Assembly (NCBI GenBank): GCA_038247415.1
Contig: JBBRUX010000037.1
Span: forward strand, 1 to 39,972
DNA: 39,972 nucleotides
DNA from: Chitinivibrionales bacterium
Lineage (GTDB): Bacteria; Fibrobacterota; Chitinivibrionia; Chitinivibrionales; WJKA01
Direction of reading: 5' to 3'
Under the pieces are notes generated by a model. That model had not been told where the DNA came from. It was given only the letters and a program-made list of their open reading frames with translations, and ran no database searches. Position 1 is the stretch's first letter; each line of letters begins with the position of its first letter. Positions 19,539 through 29,065 of this stretch are shown here, one piece after another. Both the position numbers and the translations under genes were made by a program.

Positions 19539-20283
19539 CTACCGCGCCAGGACTGTCGTTTGATCATCCCTTAATGGCACCACAGCGGTAATTGCACCAT
19601 TTCGTGTAAACATTGCCTTGCGATTGAGCCATACTACAACGACGGTACAGTGCTGTCGCGAGAACGCTGATCGTAATGGTGCCGATAAAAAACGGTGTGA
19701 AAGACCAAGCGCTTTGTTGAGTCCCACTTATTAGAAATGCAGGAAGATGCCATACCCCCCAGATAATTCCAAGAACTATTCCAGCCCAGAAAGGGGCAAA
19801 AACTCTTTGCATCAAAGGGAGGGCAAACCCCCGCCATCCGAATTCTTCAACCGGTCCTTTGATTGCACCAAGCAATAGTGCAACCAGTAATGGCGCAATT
19901 CTGGTTATGGGAAACGGCTCTGTAAGAAGGGTTCCCTTCAGAGCCGCTCCTGCGTAGAAAATGAGAGGGAGACCAATAAATAAAAACAAGTACCATTGGA
20001 CACTGCATCGCCACAATCGGACTCTGGCGATGAAACACCTGACACCTGTTATGCCTTCCCTTAATTCTATAATTGCAAAGGCGGCTATGGCTGGTGCCCA
20101 GACTGCCAGAAAAAAAAGTGGATGATTTCCACTCAGCTGCCCGAATGCTTTTTCCATTCCTTCGCTATTAAATATGTAGAGTCCAAGAATACTCCATGCA
20201 ATGCCAAACGTAATAAGGAAGAATGGCACCAGAGAGGCAACTGATAATTTATTCCGGGTGCCGGAATAATCACTATGGTTCAT
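19539..20283 (-). pseudogene. CPBP (CAAX/Abi) intramembrane protease with internal deletion and frameshift
   Basis: EEFGWRG and WGVWHLP present; after LATALY (about 19646) the frame loses family character, while another frame gives VVVVWLNRKAMFTRNGAITAVVP; the HxxxN motif is missing. Confidence 0.7.
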
Positions 20284-20301
20284 AAAAAACTCCTTTTGAA
20301 T

Positions 20302-21156
20302 TCACAAGTTTACTTTTGCGTCGCAATTGTATTGGAGACTTTTTATTGTAAATCTTCCATATGCAAATTCACCTTCCGGATAATGCCAAACAGCTTCGCC
20401 ATAGGTTGGAAGATTAAATCCATTAATAGTATCAAAGTTGCGCATTGGGGTTGAAAAGGGATATTGCTTTTTTTCGTTGATATCATACCTGTCCTCAGAA
20501 ATAAAATTTACAAGCTGCCCCATCGCATTGAAATAGAGAATGGCTGAAATAGTAGTCGAATGATTTGTAAATGTAGCCCGAACCGCGTTGCTGTCGATCG
20601 TCTCCCATTGTATAGTTGTATCTATAAGCGTCGCAGGCGCCAAAATACACATGTCGTTAAACATTGTTACCGTTTCTGCTGTAACCATCATGTCGCCTTC
20701 AGCCTCGACTACCGGAAAGATCCCGAGCAGCTTGATTTTCATGCCGGCAAAATCATTTTTGTAACGATGGTAACCCATTGTCGGAAGGCCCTTCACTGTG
20801 GCGTCCAAATAGAACAGGCGTTCGTATTTGTCAAAATAGCTGTACTGCTCTACAGAAAGTTTGAACCAGTCTTGAGTTCGGCTCCGCATTTCGGCCGCAA
20901 AAGTCACCTTCATGCTGTACACCTTCGGTTTTCCAACAACTCCAACATAGAGCAAATAGTTGCGAACCAAATCCGGCAGATGTGCAAGGTCGGCCTCGGT
21001 TACCAATGTCGGTTCGATATTCCTGGTTCGTACTATTCCTTCTGCAACATCGGTCAGATATGCGCGCTTCAGATCTTGTCCGGCATTGAGTCCTATCACA
21101 ATGACAAGAAACGCAACAGCTATAACAACAATTAGCATGATAACAAATCCTTTCAT
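20302..21156 (-). CDS. Membrane-anchored conserved hypothetical protein (DUF6544-like)
   Basis: N-terminal TM, TEADLAHLPDLVRNYL..VGVVGKP, AETVTMFNDMCILAPATLID, IQWETID, LYFNAMGQLVNFISEDR. Confidence 0.7.
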   Translation of the reverse strand: MKGFVIMLIVVIAVAFLVIVIGLNAGQDLKRAYLTDVAEGIVRTRNIEPTLVTEADLAHLPDLVRNYLLYVGVVGKPKVYSMKVTFAAEMRSRTQDWFKLSVEQYSYFDKYERLFYLDATVKGLPTMGYHRYKNDFAGMKIKLLGIFPVVEAEGDMMVTAETVTMFNDMCILAPATLIDTTIQWETIDSNAVRATFTNHSTTISAILYFNAMGQLVNFISEDRYDINEKKQYPFSTPMRNFDTINGFNLPTYGEAVWHYPEGEFAYGRFTIKSLQYNCDAKVNL

Positions 21157-21167
21157 TTTTCATCCCC

Positions 21168-21668
21168 TTAATTTGACAAATTCTTAACTATCTCGTTATC
21201 TGCACATACGATTTTCTTCGTTGCATCGGACGCATTATTGAAACAGGTGGCTGTATCGATGCACCGGGGCAAAAAGAGGTCACGGGCACGTAAACCACCC
21301 CGTATCGCAAAAACCACATAGAGAATTATAAGAAAGCTGTCTAGTATGCCGGTGAACCAAAATGTCCCGGGAAAATTCTTTACCAGCGACATGAATAAAA
21401 ACAGTTGCACCACATAGAATGCTCTCCCCAGAATCAGACATCCAACATTGAGCGCATAGCGCCTGATATTGAGAGCTGATAAAAATTCCAGATAAGCGAA
21501 ACAGAAGAAAAAAGATCCCAAAAACATTGCGTAGAATGGATCGATTGCCGGATCAACAATCTTTCGTCCGGTGCCAATAAAAAACAGGTACATGATACCC
21601 GCAATGGTATCCCAGATGCCTCCTGCTGTAAAAACAAGTGCCAATGGGGTCAATGATTTTTTACTCAT
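21168..21668 (-). CDS. Hypothetical four-TM membrane protein
   Basis: Four hydrophobic segments; AAGGA upstream; co-oriented within the operon. Confidence 0.7.
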   Translation of the reverse strand: MSKKSLTPLALVFTAGGIWDTIAGIMYLFFIGTGRKIVDPAIDPFYAMFLGSFFFCFAYLEFLSALNIRRYALNVGCLILGRAFYVVQLFLFMSLVKNFPGTFWFTGILDSFLIILYVVFAIRGGLRARDLFLPRCIDTATCFNNASDATKKIVCADNEIVKNLSN

Positions 21669-21747
21669 AATGAGAATCCTTAATTAGTAAATTACATGTG
21701 CTTTACTGGGACTCATAATAAAGGCCATGTTTTTTTCAATCATTTAG

Positions 21748-21945
21748 TTATTTTTCAAGTATATAACTAACTTGTATAGATTCAATAATTTCAAGTGCGT
21801 TGTCAAGAGTGCTCAAATCTGAGTATACCTCCCCGTTTTGCCCTGAAGGATGTCCATGTCCGATCATCTTCAATGAGGACCTATTTTCAGTATTTCCGAT
21901 ATAAATTTTCGTAGCCCATACTGTTGATGGTTGCCCGGACCCCAT
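21748..21945 (-). pseudogene. C-terminal fragment of a conserved protein (DUF2271-like)
   Basis: GQPSTVW...MIGHGHPSGQNGEVYSDLSTLDNALEIIESI resembles the C-terminus of a larger exported protein; only 65 codons remain. Confidence 0.45.
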
Positions 21946-21952
21946 CTTGCCA

Positions 21953-23074
21953 CTAGTTATCCGCCAGATTAGTCCTGCAATTCATAACATCTTCTTTTAA
22001 TATCCTCATGACACGTTCAGGTTCTTCGAAAATTGGACTGTGAGCTGAATTCTCGAATGTATAGAAACCTTTTACTGGTGTATGAAGCGCCTCGAAATAC
22101 TTCTTTGCAAGGGTGTATGATACCGTATAGTCGTATATGCCGTGAAAAAAATAGACCGGGATGTTTACTTCATTCGTTTGTTGGGTCAAGTCCGTTGCAA
22201 TTATTGTATTCCAGAGTGGATGGACACCCGATTGGGATTTGCCGCGCCATACATTGAATTTTTCCTTTAAGGTATAATCCTTGCAGGTCAGAGATGGTAT
22301 AAACACACCGGTTATTATTGAATTCATAGCACGTGTTGTACCAACTCCAAGATTGTGCATGGCTTGGTCACGCAGTTTGAGGTATCTATAAGGAATACTT
22401 TCTATAACGGGTGAGGCCTCAAGTTTTCGTATCATTTTTCTGTTCCCGGCATCCCGGTATTTTTTCAGGATATATTCATAAGCCAGTCGTTCAGATTTTA
22501 AGTGGTCGGACATCTGGCCAACCCCAATGTAGGCATGGTAAAGTTCCGGATTCTTTGCTGCCGCTTGTATACCAATGAAGCTTCCCCCCGAACGCCCCAT
22601 GAGGTAAATCTTTTCCTGCCCAAAACGGGTACGGAGGTAATTTGTTATCTCTTTTGTGTCGGATATCATTTGATCAAGGTTCATTGACTCAGAGGGTATG
22701 TTTGCACTGTACGATAGTCCTGAGCCGCGCTGTTCCCACCAGACCACGGTGAAAGGGTCTTCAAGCCGGGTAGGGTAGTTTTTGGTAAGGAAGTAATCGG
22801 GTATACCCCCGTGAAGATAGAGCAGAACCGGGTTTTGCTGGTTTTTGCTCTTGATAAACATCCCCTGTCGCACACCTCCTATTGTCATGAATGTTTTTTC
22901 CGATATGCTTCCATCTAATTGCTTACCCTGACTATCCAAAAAAGGGTCAGATTTACCTGGGCTATAAAATAGAAGAACAAGCCAGAGAATCAGGATACAT
23001 CCCAATACAAGGGCAAGAATTGTTATTGTCATTCGCTTTGTCCTTTTTAGAATGTTTTTCATGCGTTCTTCCAT
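21953..23074 (-). CDS. Alpha/beta hydrolase (prolyl aminopeptidase-like), membrane anchored
   Basis: LYLHGGIP, WEQRGSG, nucleophile GRSGG, HGIYDY, SAHSPIFEEP; N-terminal TM; start may be a few codons downstream. Confidence 0.88.
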   Translation of the reverse strand: MEERMKNILKRTKRMTITILALVLGCILILWLVLLFYSPGKSDPFLDSQGKQLDGSISEKTFMTIGGVRQGMFIKSKNQQNPVLLYLHGGIPDYFLTKNYPTRLEDPFTVVWWEQRGSGLSYSANIPSESMNLDQMISDTKEITNYLRTRFGQEKIYLMGRSGGSFIGIQAAAKNPELYHAYIGVGQMSDHLKSERLAYEYILKKYRDAGNRKMIRKLEASPVIESIPYRYLKLRDQAMHNLGVGTTRAMNSIITGVFIPSLTCKDYTLKEKFNVWRGKSQSGVHPLWNTIIATDLTQQTNEVNIPVYFFHGIYDYTVSYTLAKKYFEALHTPVKGFYTFENSAHSPIFEEPERVMRILKEDVMNCRTNLADN

Positions 23075-23302
23075 AACTGATATTGTATCCTAAAATCCTC
23101 TATAAATCGGAAGCTATTGTTCCTTATAACTTTAGCGGGGCAGAATTCCACAAAATGCATGCAACTTTCACAGGGGAAAAGCATAGTACCTGACACCAAT
23201 CGGAAAAGGAGAGTTTCGTAACTTTTCTTACACCTTTGCTCCATGAATTCTGTACTTTTCTGACTGAAGCCGAGATGCAGTATAAACCTGTTTGCTTGCA
23301 TG

Positions 23303-23779
23303 TCAATTCCTGAAAAATTTCGGAAACACCAAGCCAACGTGTTTCTTGTATGCGACGTATTCAGCTCCGAATTTTTCTTCCAGCCATTTTTCTTCGTCAA
23401 CGATTAAGAGATGCAGCCCTGCGTACAATGCGATTGAGCAGAGCGCGACCAGCCAGTTGTTAAGAGAGAGTGACAATCCGGGTATGGTCAAGAAGATGAA
23501 CGACGCGTACATGGGGTTGCGCGTTACGGCAAACGGACCGCCGGTGACCAGTCGTCCTTGCTTGAATGCATTCAGCGTATACCTAGCCGAAAAGCTATTC
23601 ATAAGAAGGCCGATGACAATGAGCCCGATCCCGATTCCCAGCAGCAAGGCATAGGTGATGTGGTCGTACGCAAACATCGGGGCAAAATGGTGACCAGCCC
23701 AGACTGTAACGAATAGAAATGGAAGCAGTACCAAACCTAGTTTTCTGCCGATACCCAGCGCAGTCATTGTTTTTTTCAT
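23303..23779 (-). CDS. Isoprenylcysteine carboxyl methyltransferase/PEMT family protein
   Basis: LVTGGPFAVTRNPMY and EEKWLEEKFGAEYVAYKKHV; GGAGAGG Shine-Dalgarno. Confidence 0.88.
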   Translation of the reverse strand: MKKTMTALGIGRKLGLVLLPFLFVTVWAGHHFAPMFAYDHITYALLLGIGIGLIVIGLLMNSFSARYTLNAFKQGRLVTGGPFAVTRNPMYASFIFLTIPGLSLSLNNWLVALCSIALYAGLHLLIVDEEKWLEEKFGAEYVAYKKHVGLVFPKFFRN

Positions 23780-23813
23780 GAGCCTCTCCCCTTTCGTGGT
23801 ATGGTCTCCTTTA

Positions 23814-23831
23814 TAGCATCAGCCGTGCCAA
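23814..23831 (-). promoter_or_regulatory. sigma54 (-24/-12) promoter upstream of the methyltransferase operon
   Basis: Minus strand TTGGCACGGCTGATGCTA: GG-N10-GC spacing, near consensus. Confidence 0.8.
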
Positions 23832-23907
23832 TTCAGCGAATGCTTTGCTTTCAATGCTAATTTTGATGTTTTTATGATAAAAATAGACATGCGAGAATCA
23901 AAACGGA

Positions 23908-23923
23908 TGTGAGAAACCTCACA
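23908..23923. promoter_or_regulatory. Palindromic upstream activator sequence (enhancer)
   Basis: TGTGAG-AAAC-CTCACA perfect palindrome about 100 bp upstream of the -12 element. Confidence 0.7.
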
Positions 23924-23981
23924 GCAAGATCTGCTTAAGAGCGGGACACCAAAACAAAACGTAAACCCAGAAGACTTCCGG

Positions 23982-25382
23982 TTACCCTTCACGAGGATGG
24001 TTTATCCGCTTGTTGAGCGCCGAACGGGTGATCCCGAGCATGCGTGAGGCAACCGACTGGTTGTCTTTGCTACGGCGCAGCGCTTCGGATACCAGAAGGT
24101 CTTCAACCTCGTGCAGGGTGGGAAGCTGGTCCGTGAAGATCACTGAACCATTGATACTGCCGGCTACAGTCTGTATTCCACCTTGCGGTCGAGCCGTTCG
24201 GTCAATGTGTATTTTGAAGACATCAAGAGACAAAACACCACCCTGATGTCGGCTTACCGCGTCTAAGACCATGCCCCGCAATTCGCGTACATTGCCTGGA
24301 AAATGATACGTTCCCAGAAGCACATACAATTCCGAAGGTGGTGTTGGCACCTTGATGCCGACTTCTTCGGCAGCATTCTCAATGAAGAAATCAACAAGAA
24401 GCGCAATGTCTTCCCTGCGCTCACGCAAAGGCGGAAGGTTAACTTGATGGCTTTGCAGACGATAGTAAAGATCCTTCCTGAATCGACCGGCATCGCTCTC
24501 TACGGCAAGGTCGCGATTAGTCGCAACGATCACCCTGCAGTCGGTTCGGATTGGTGCGTCACTTCCCACGGGGTAATAGGCTTTGTCATCCAAAAGACGC
24601 AGCAGCTTGACCTGCGACTCCATGCGCAGGTCTCCAATTTCGTCCAGAAAAAGAGTACCGATTTTTGCCTTAGCAATAAGCCCTTGACGTTTAGCATCAG
24701 CCCCGGTAAAGGCGCCCTTTTCATGGCCAAACAGGGCATCAGAGAACAGAGCATCGTCTAAGCCGGCCGCGTTCACTGCAACAAATTCGCCTTTGCGACC
24801 GCTGGCGACGTGCAGTGCGCGTGCCGCCAGTTCCTTGCCGCAGCCGGTCTCGGCAGCAATCAGAACCGGCAGAGATGTCCTGCCGATTGTCTCGATGTAC
24901 TGAAATGCCGCCAACATCGAGGGATGGCGACCCACGATGTCGTCGAACCACTCGGGATGTTGCACGCGACCCGACAGAAGGCTTTGGCTTAGTGCGCGAT
25001 TCTCGCTTGACAACTCGGCGAGTTCCAGGCATTTCTTTACCGTTGTCACCAGTCTCTCTTTGTCAATTGGCTTGATGAGGTAGTCACAGGCGCCGCCCTT
25101 CATGCACTCGACTGCGGCTTCGGCTTCGTTGACCGCGGTCAGCATAATGACAGGCAGATTGGGGTAGCGGTCATGTATTTGCGCAAGCAGTTCGCGGCCA
25201 GTGACATGCGGCATCATCATGTCCAGAACGATGGCGGCAGGAAGCTCCTTACCGATCATGCCCATGGCATCGCGGCTATCCTGGCAGGTAGTCACCGGGG
25301 AGATGCCGGCGCTTTGCAAGGCGAATGCTGCGCTTTGAAGGTACTGGACTTCATCATCGATCAATAGTACTGATTGCTGCAT
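23982..25382 (-). CDS. sigma54-dependent response regulator (NtrC family)
   Basis: Receiver (IDDE, LDMMMP, IKP), AAA+ (AETGCGKE, FGHEKGAFTGA, LFLDEIG, FRKDLYYRL, FPGNVREL), Fis-type HTH; GGAGG Shine-Dalgarno. Confidence 0.95.
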   Translation of the reverse strand: MQQSVLLIDDEVQYLQSAAFALQSAGISPVTTCQDSRDAMGMIGKELPAAIVLDMMMPHVTGRELLAQIHDRYPNLPVIMLTAVNEAEAAVECMKGGACDYLIKPIDKERLVTTVKKCLELAELSSENRALSQSLLSGRVQHPEWFDDIVGRHPSMLAAFQYIETIGRTSLPVLIAAETGCGKELAARALHVASGRKGEFVAVNAAGLDDALFSDALFGHEKGAFTGADAKRQGLIAKAKIGTLFLDEIGDLRMESQVKLLRLLDDKAYYPVGSDAPIRTDCRVIVATNRDLAVESDAGRFRKDLYYRLQSHQVNLPPLRERREDIALLVDFFIENAAEEVGIKVPTPPSELYVLLGTYHFPGNVRELRGMVLDAVSRHQGGVLSLDVFKIHIDRTARPQGGIQTVAGSINGSVIFTDQLPTLHEVEDLLVSEALRRSKDNQSVASRMLGITRSALNKRINHPREG

Positions 25383-25403
25383 GGTTTGCCTCCAAGGGTG
25401 TAT

Positions 25404-27878
25404 TCAGGCGACGGGCACTATTACCGTAGCCACCGTTCCTTTGTGCTTTACTGATGTGATCTCCAGCATACCGCCGTGATCCTTGACTATAGAGTATGAT
25501 ATCGATAACCCGAGTCCGGTACCGCCGGTGTCGCGTTTAGTAGTAAAAAACGGATCGAATATATGACACAAGTGTTCAGGGTCAATGCCTTTGCCTTGGT
25601 CGGCGATGGTGAGCTTGACTTTGCCGTTATCCAATTCCGTTAAGATCGTGATCGATTTCTGCCGGTCGGCGAGGGCGTGACACGCATTGGCAAGCAGATT
25701 TATCACCACCTGCTCCAGTTTCTGGAAATTTCCCCGAACTGGCGGGATCGACTCGCCCAGGCGGGTAACGAACTGGTCGGTCGATTTACGGATAAGGTTC
25801 GCAAGAATCATCGTGGAGGCGTCGATTACTTTGTTCAGATCGACCATTTCGTCCATGGCGCCGCTTTCCTGCCGGGCGAAATCTTTGAGATTCTGTACAA
25901 TTGTCTTAATTCGTTTGGCCCCTTCGCCGATGCCGCCAATAAAGTCGGCAACCTGTGGAGCGACAATGTCGTACGGGAGGCTGGCAAGAGTGAGATCGGC
26001 ATTCTCCAATGCGGCGGTATCGAGTATGGGCCGTGCATCGCGCCAGATGTCGGTCAGGTTGTCGGCATTGAGTATGATGTAATTGTTGGGGTTGTTGATC
26101 TCATGTGCCACACCCGATACCAGAATTCCCAGCGACGCCATCTTGTCGGCCTGCATGAGCTCCTGCTCGCGCTGTTTCGCCAGTGCTTCGGCCTTGCGGC
26201 GTTCTGTGATGTCGATGCCCGCGACAAGTACCGAGTTTGGCACCCCATTTTCAAAAAGAATGGCCTGCCCGGCAGAAAAAAGGATAGTGCGAAACTCACC
26301 GCTGCGGTGGCGGATCGATACCTCGACCTGTTCGCTCTGCTCTGCGTGCAGCCGTCGACCAAGGCGTCGCATTTGTTCATCACGTTCGCTCTCGACCACA
26401 AAAGAACCGGCTGGTTGGCCAATCACCTCTTCGCGTGTGTATCCAAAGGCAATGGCGAGGGATCGGCTGATATCGGAGATGATGCCGTCAGCCCCGAGGA
26501 TCAGAGCTCCTGCAGGGCTTTCTTCGAACAAAAACCGGTAACGCCGCTCAGATTCTGCTCGCTGTTCCGAGAGCTGTGCTTGCATGCGCTTAAGGGCCGT
26601 GATGTCGTTGCCCACGCAAAGCAGTTCGTTGAAAGAACCATCTTTTTCCAGAATGGGTTTATTAGTCCAGGAGATCCAGACGCGTTCCCCGTTTTTGCGC
26701 ATGTTCTCGTTCTCGTTTGACGCATATTTCTCCGGATGAATGCTGATCTCCTGCATTATGGCGGTAAAATTCGTGCCAAAGGGGTCGGCGGGAGGCACGA
26801 TGGTGCCCAATATGTTGTGGCCGATGATCTCTTTTTTCGTGTACCCGAAGAACTCTTCGGCAAAGCGATTGAAAAACGTGACATTGCCCTGGAGATCCAA
26901 GCGCAGTATCGAGCTGTTGGCATTCTCGACCATCACGAGAAATTTCTGTTCGGATTCGCACAGTTCCGCGGTGCGCATTGCGACGCGGCGCTGCAGTGTG
27001 CGGTTCCAGAGATACAAGAGCAGTGAGATTAGCCCGGTGACGCCCACCACCGAAAAAAGCGCAATCCAGAAGATCGGTTGTCGTATAGGTGACTGTGATT
27101 GCAAATGGATCCACGTGCGATAGATTGAATCGCGCTGTGCCGGTGTGATCTGACCAAGCGCCTTACCCACTATGCCGTTCAGCTCGGGCCAATCTTTTCG
27201 TGTGGCCAGTGCCAGATGCGAGAGGTACCCGGTCTCTCCCGATACTTGCAAGTTGGTGATGCCTTCACGCTCGATCCCCCAAGTAGCGGTTGCCACATTT
27301 TCGATCATGGCATCATCGATGCCAAAAGAGACCTTCTTGAGTCCGGTCTGCATGTCGGGTACCGGATCAATGATAATGCCGGGGTGATCCTTTGCCACAA
27401 ACTCCTGCCACACATAGCCCGACACGATCGCCACTTTCATTCCCTTTAAATCTTTCAAACCAAGCTGTCCCTTGACACCTTTGCGGGTGATGATCACTCC
27501 GGGGAAAGTAAGATGAGGTTCTGCAAAATCAAGGTACTCGCTGCGTAGCGGGGTTTGCGCCGCGGCAGAGAGCATGTCTACCTCATGAGATCGCGCCTTT
27601 GCGAGAACTTCATCCCAGGTAGCACCGCTGACAATTTCGAAACGGATACCAAGTTTCTGTTGAAGAATGTCGATGTAGTCGGCGGCAATGCCGGTAAAGA
27701 CGCCCTTTGAGTCGAACCATTCAATTGGCGGAAAATAAGGATCTGGAGCAACGCGGATGACAGGATGATTGGCTAGCCATTGTTGTTCTGCAGGTGTCAG
27801 AAATGATTGATTGATCTGTCCATTGGATGAAAGGACGTTAATAGCCAGCGCGAGAATAACCAAGAATACTACACGCAT
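25404..27878 (-). CDS. Sensor histidine kinase: periplasmic solute-binding domain, TM, two PAS, HisKA, HATPase
   Basis: LTPAEQQWLANHPVIRVAPDPYFPP, PAS repeats, KMASLGILVSGVAHEINNP, EQVVINLLANA, DQGKGI, FDPFFTTK, GTGLGL; start likely ATG 27878 (ORF open to 27956). Confidence 0.93.
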   Translation of the reverse strand: MRVVFLVILALAINVLSSNGQINQSFLTPAEQQWLANHPVIRVAPDPYFPPIEWFDSKGVFTGIAADYIDILQQKLGIRFEIVSGATWDEVLAKARSHEVDMLSAAAQTPLRSEYLDFAEPHLTFPGVIITRKGVKGQLGLKDLKGMKVAIVSGYVWQEFVAKDHPGIIIDPVPDMQTGLKKVSFGIDDAMIENVATATWGIEREGITNLQVSGETGYLSHLALATRKDWPELNGIVGKALGQITPAQRDSIYRTWIHLQSQSPIRQPIFWIALFSVVGVTGLISLLLYLWNRTLQRRVAMRTAELCESEQKFLVMVENANSSILRLDLQGNVTFFNRFAEEFFGYTKKEIIGHNILGTIVPPADPFGTNFTAIMQEISIHPEKYASNENENMRKNGERVWISWTNKPILEKDGSFNELLCVGNDITALKRMQAQLSEQRAESERRYRFLFEESPAGALILGADGIISDISRSLAIAFGYTREEVIGQPAGSFVVESERDEQMRRLGRRLHAEQSEQVEVSIRHRSGEFRTILFSAGQAILFENGVPNSVLVAGIDITERRKAEALAKQREQELMQADKMASLGILVSGVAHEINNPNNYIILNADNLTDIWRDARPILDTAALENADLTLASLPYDIVAPQVADFIGGIGEGAKRIKTIVQNLKDFARQESGAMDEMVDLNKVIDASTMILANLIRKSTDQFVTRLGESIPPVRGNFQKLEQVVINLLANACHALADRQKSITILTELDNGKVKLTIADQGKGIDPEHLCHIFDPFFTTKRDTGGTGLGLSISYSIVKDHGGMLEITSVKHKGTVATVIVPVA

Positions 27879-28078
27879 AAACGGCAAAAAAGTTCTGCTG
27901 GAAATCAATGACAGCATCCCAAACATAGTGGTTTTAAAAATAATATTTGTCAGCAAACAAACCGCATAAAAGGGTTGAGCAGCACAACATAACTAAGTAC
28001 AGCACATAGAATTCCTGCTAACTTCATCGAAGTAAATACTGATCTGATAGTAATATTAGGCAATCGGAGAATCGTTAA

Positions 28079-28095
28079 AGCATTTTCCATGCCAA
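28079..28095 (-). promoter_or_regulatory. sigma54 (-24/-12) promoter upstream of the kinase/regulator genes
   Basis: Minus strand TTGGCATGGAAAATGCT: GG-N10-GC spacing. Confidence 0.65.
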
Positions 28096-28193
28096 CTATT
28101 TTCTGAAACTCCAAAAAAATCATCTCACCCAGGCGGGCATGGCATAAGTTTTTATTTGAATTGCAAAACAGTACCATTAGGTGCGAAAAGGGG

Positions 28194-28209
28194 TGTGAGA
28201 AAACTCATA
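28194..28209. promoter_or_regulatory. Second copy of the palindromic activator sequence
   Basis: TGTGAG-AAAA-CTCATA, 14 of 16 positions identical to 23908-23923, about 120 bp upstream of the second -12 element. Confidence 0.65.
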
Positions 28210-28280
28210 ATTCGCAACTTAAAAAATGCGTCCTGAAGTAGCTGGAAGAGTTGTATTTCTGCATGCAGGTTGACAGAGGT

Positions 28281-28475
28281 TTAGCGGATTCCCTGAATAA
28301 CCGGTGGATGCCGGGTGTTCTTCTGCACAAACTCAATGACTTTCTCTATCGCCTTGGAGGCGGGAAGGCTAAGCGTGTCCTGATCGAGAGAATCAAGATA
28401 AGGCTTAGAAGCTTTCTTGCCGGAGATTGGCTCCTTGTCAAAAAGGATTGCTTCACAGCTACGGGTCTTGACTAG
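28281..28475 (-). pseudogene. Fragment of an AlbA_2/HATPase_c_4-type (RecG-like) ATP-binding protein
   Basis: Minus frame reads AILFDKEP...DQDTLSLPASKAIEKVIEFVQKNTRHPPVIQGIR then stop, resembling the segment just before the EYP..A.REA..NA motif. Confidence 0.45.
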
Positions 28476-28537
28476 TCTTTCTACTTGCTAAAATCATTAT
28501 CGTATAAAAGGCTCCGGTATCAGTCGAACCATTTGCT

Positions 28538-28888
28538 CTAATTATCCTGCGTTATCAGTTCCAGACCACCTTTTTCTACAAGCTGAAAAAGCCGATTTAC
28601 TGGGGGCGTTGGCTTGGAGTATCCCCGCTCCCATTTTTGGAGAGTCGGCAATTTGATATTACACACAGAAGCGAATACCGATTGACTCATGTGTAGTCTG
28701 TCTTTACGCAGGTGTAAGATCCTATCAGGTGTATACTCCTGCGCTTCTGCATATTTGAGCTTGTTGAACCGCCGCATCGTTTGGGTAATATCATCAATTC
28801 CCTCAAGGTCTTTGATGGACTTCTCGACCGATTCCATTACGGTCGGCCAATGCTCTTCGTGATTTTTTACATTTTTATTATTCAGCAT
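28538..28888 (-). CDS. XRE-family HTH antitoxin (HigA-like)
   Basis: YTPDRILHLRKDRLHMSQSVFASVCNIKLPTLQKWERGYSKP; GAGGTG Shine-Dalgarno; overlaps a toxin remnant. Confidence 0.85.
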   Translation of the reverse strand: MLNNKNVKNHEEHWPTVMESVEKSIKDLEGIDDITQTMRRFNKLKYAEAQEYTPDRILHLRKDRLHMSQSVFASVCNIKLPTLQKWERGYSKPTPPVNRLFQLVEKGGLELITQDN

Positions 28889-29050
28889 AATGCCACCTCA
28901 CAAGTTTATTTTCCGCAATTGCGTTATGAAAAGTCGAAATTTCCATGAGCTCTAGTGCTCCTGCAAGCTCGATGAATGCTTTCTTTTCCATTTCCGTTAT
29001 GGTCTCTTTCTCATTTTTTGCATACAAGTATCGGCAGTTATTCCATTCAT
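28878..29050 (-). pseudogene. RelE-like type II toxin remnant
   Basis: YLYAKNEKETITEMEKKAFIELAGALELMEISTFHNAIAENKLVRWHYAE-stop matches the RelE-like C-terminal pattern (AKNE...I...E...F..LA); no in-frame start upstream of that segment; ATG at 29050 is out of frame. Confidence 0.7.
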
Positions 29051-29065
29051 AAATGATTATATATA

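Noticed and set aside
21168..21260. C-terminal tail CFNNASDATKKIVCADNEI resembling a Cys-x-Cys LprI-associated motif
   Set aside because: Too short and weak to call a fusion remnant without a search
25677..26720. 347-aa plus-strand ORF and other long antisense ORFs in 24-27.5 kb
   Set aside because: Shadow ORFs opposite a GC-rich kinase and regulator; no recognisable domains
27950..28027. Short hydrophobic peptide MKLAGILCAVLSYVVLLNPFMRFVC after the second sigma54 promoter
   Set aside because: Could be a signal-peptide remnant or leader peptide, but there is no supporting evidence
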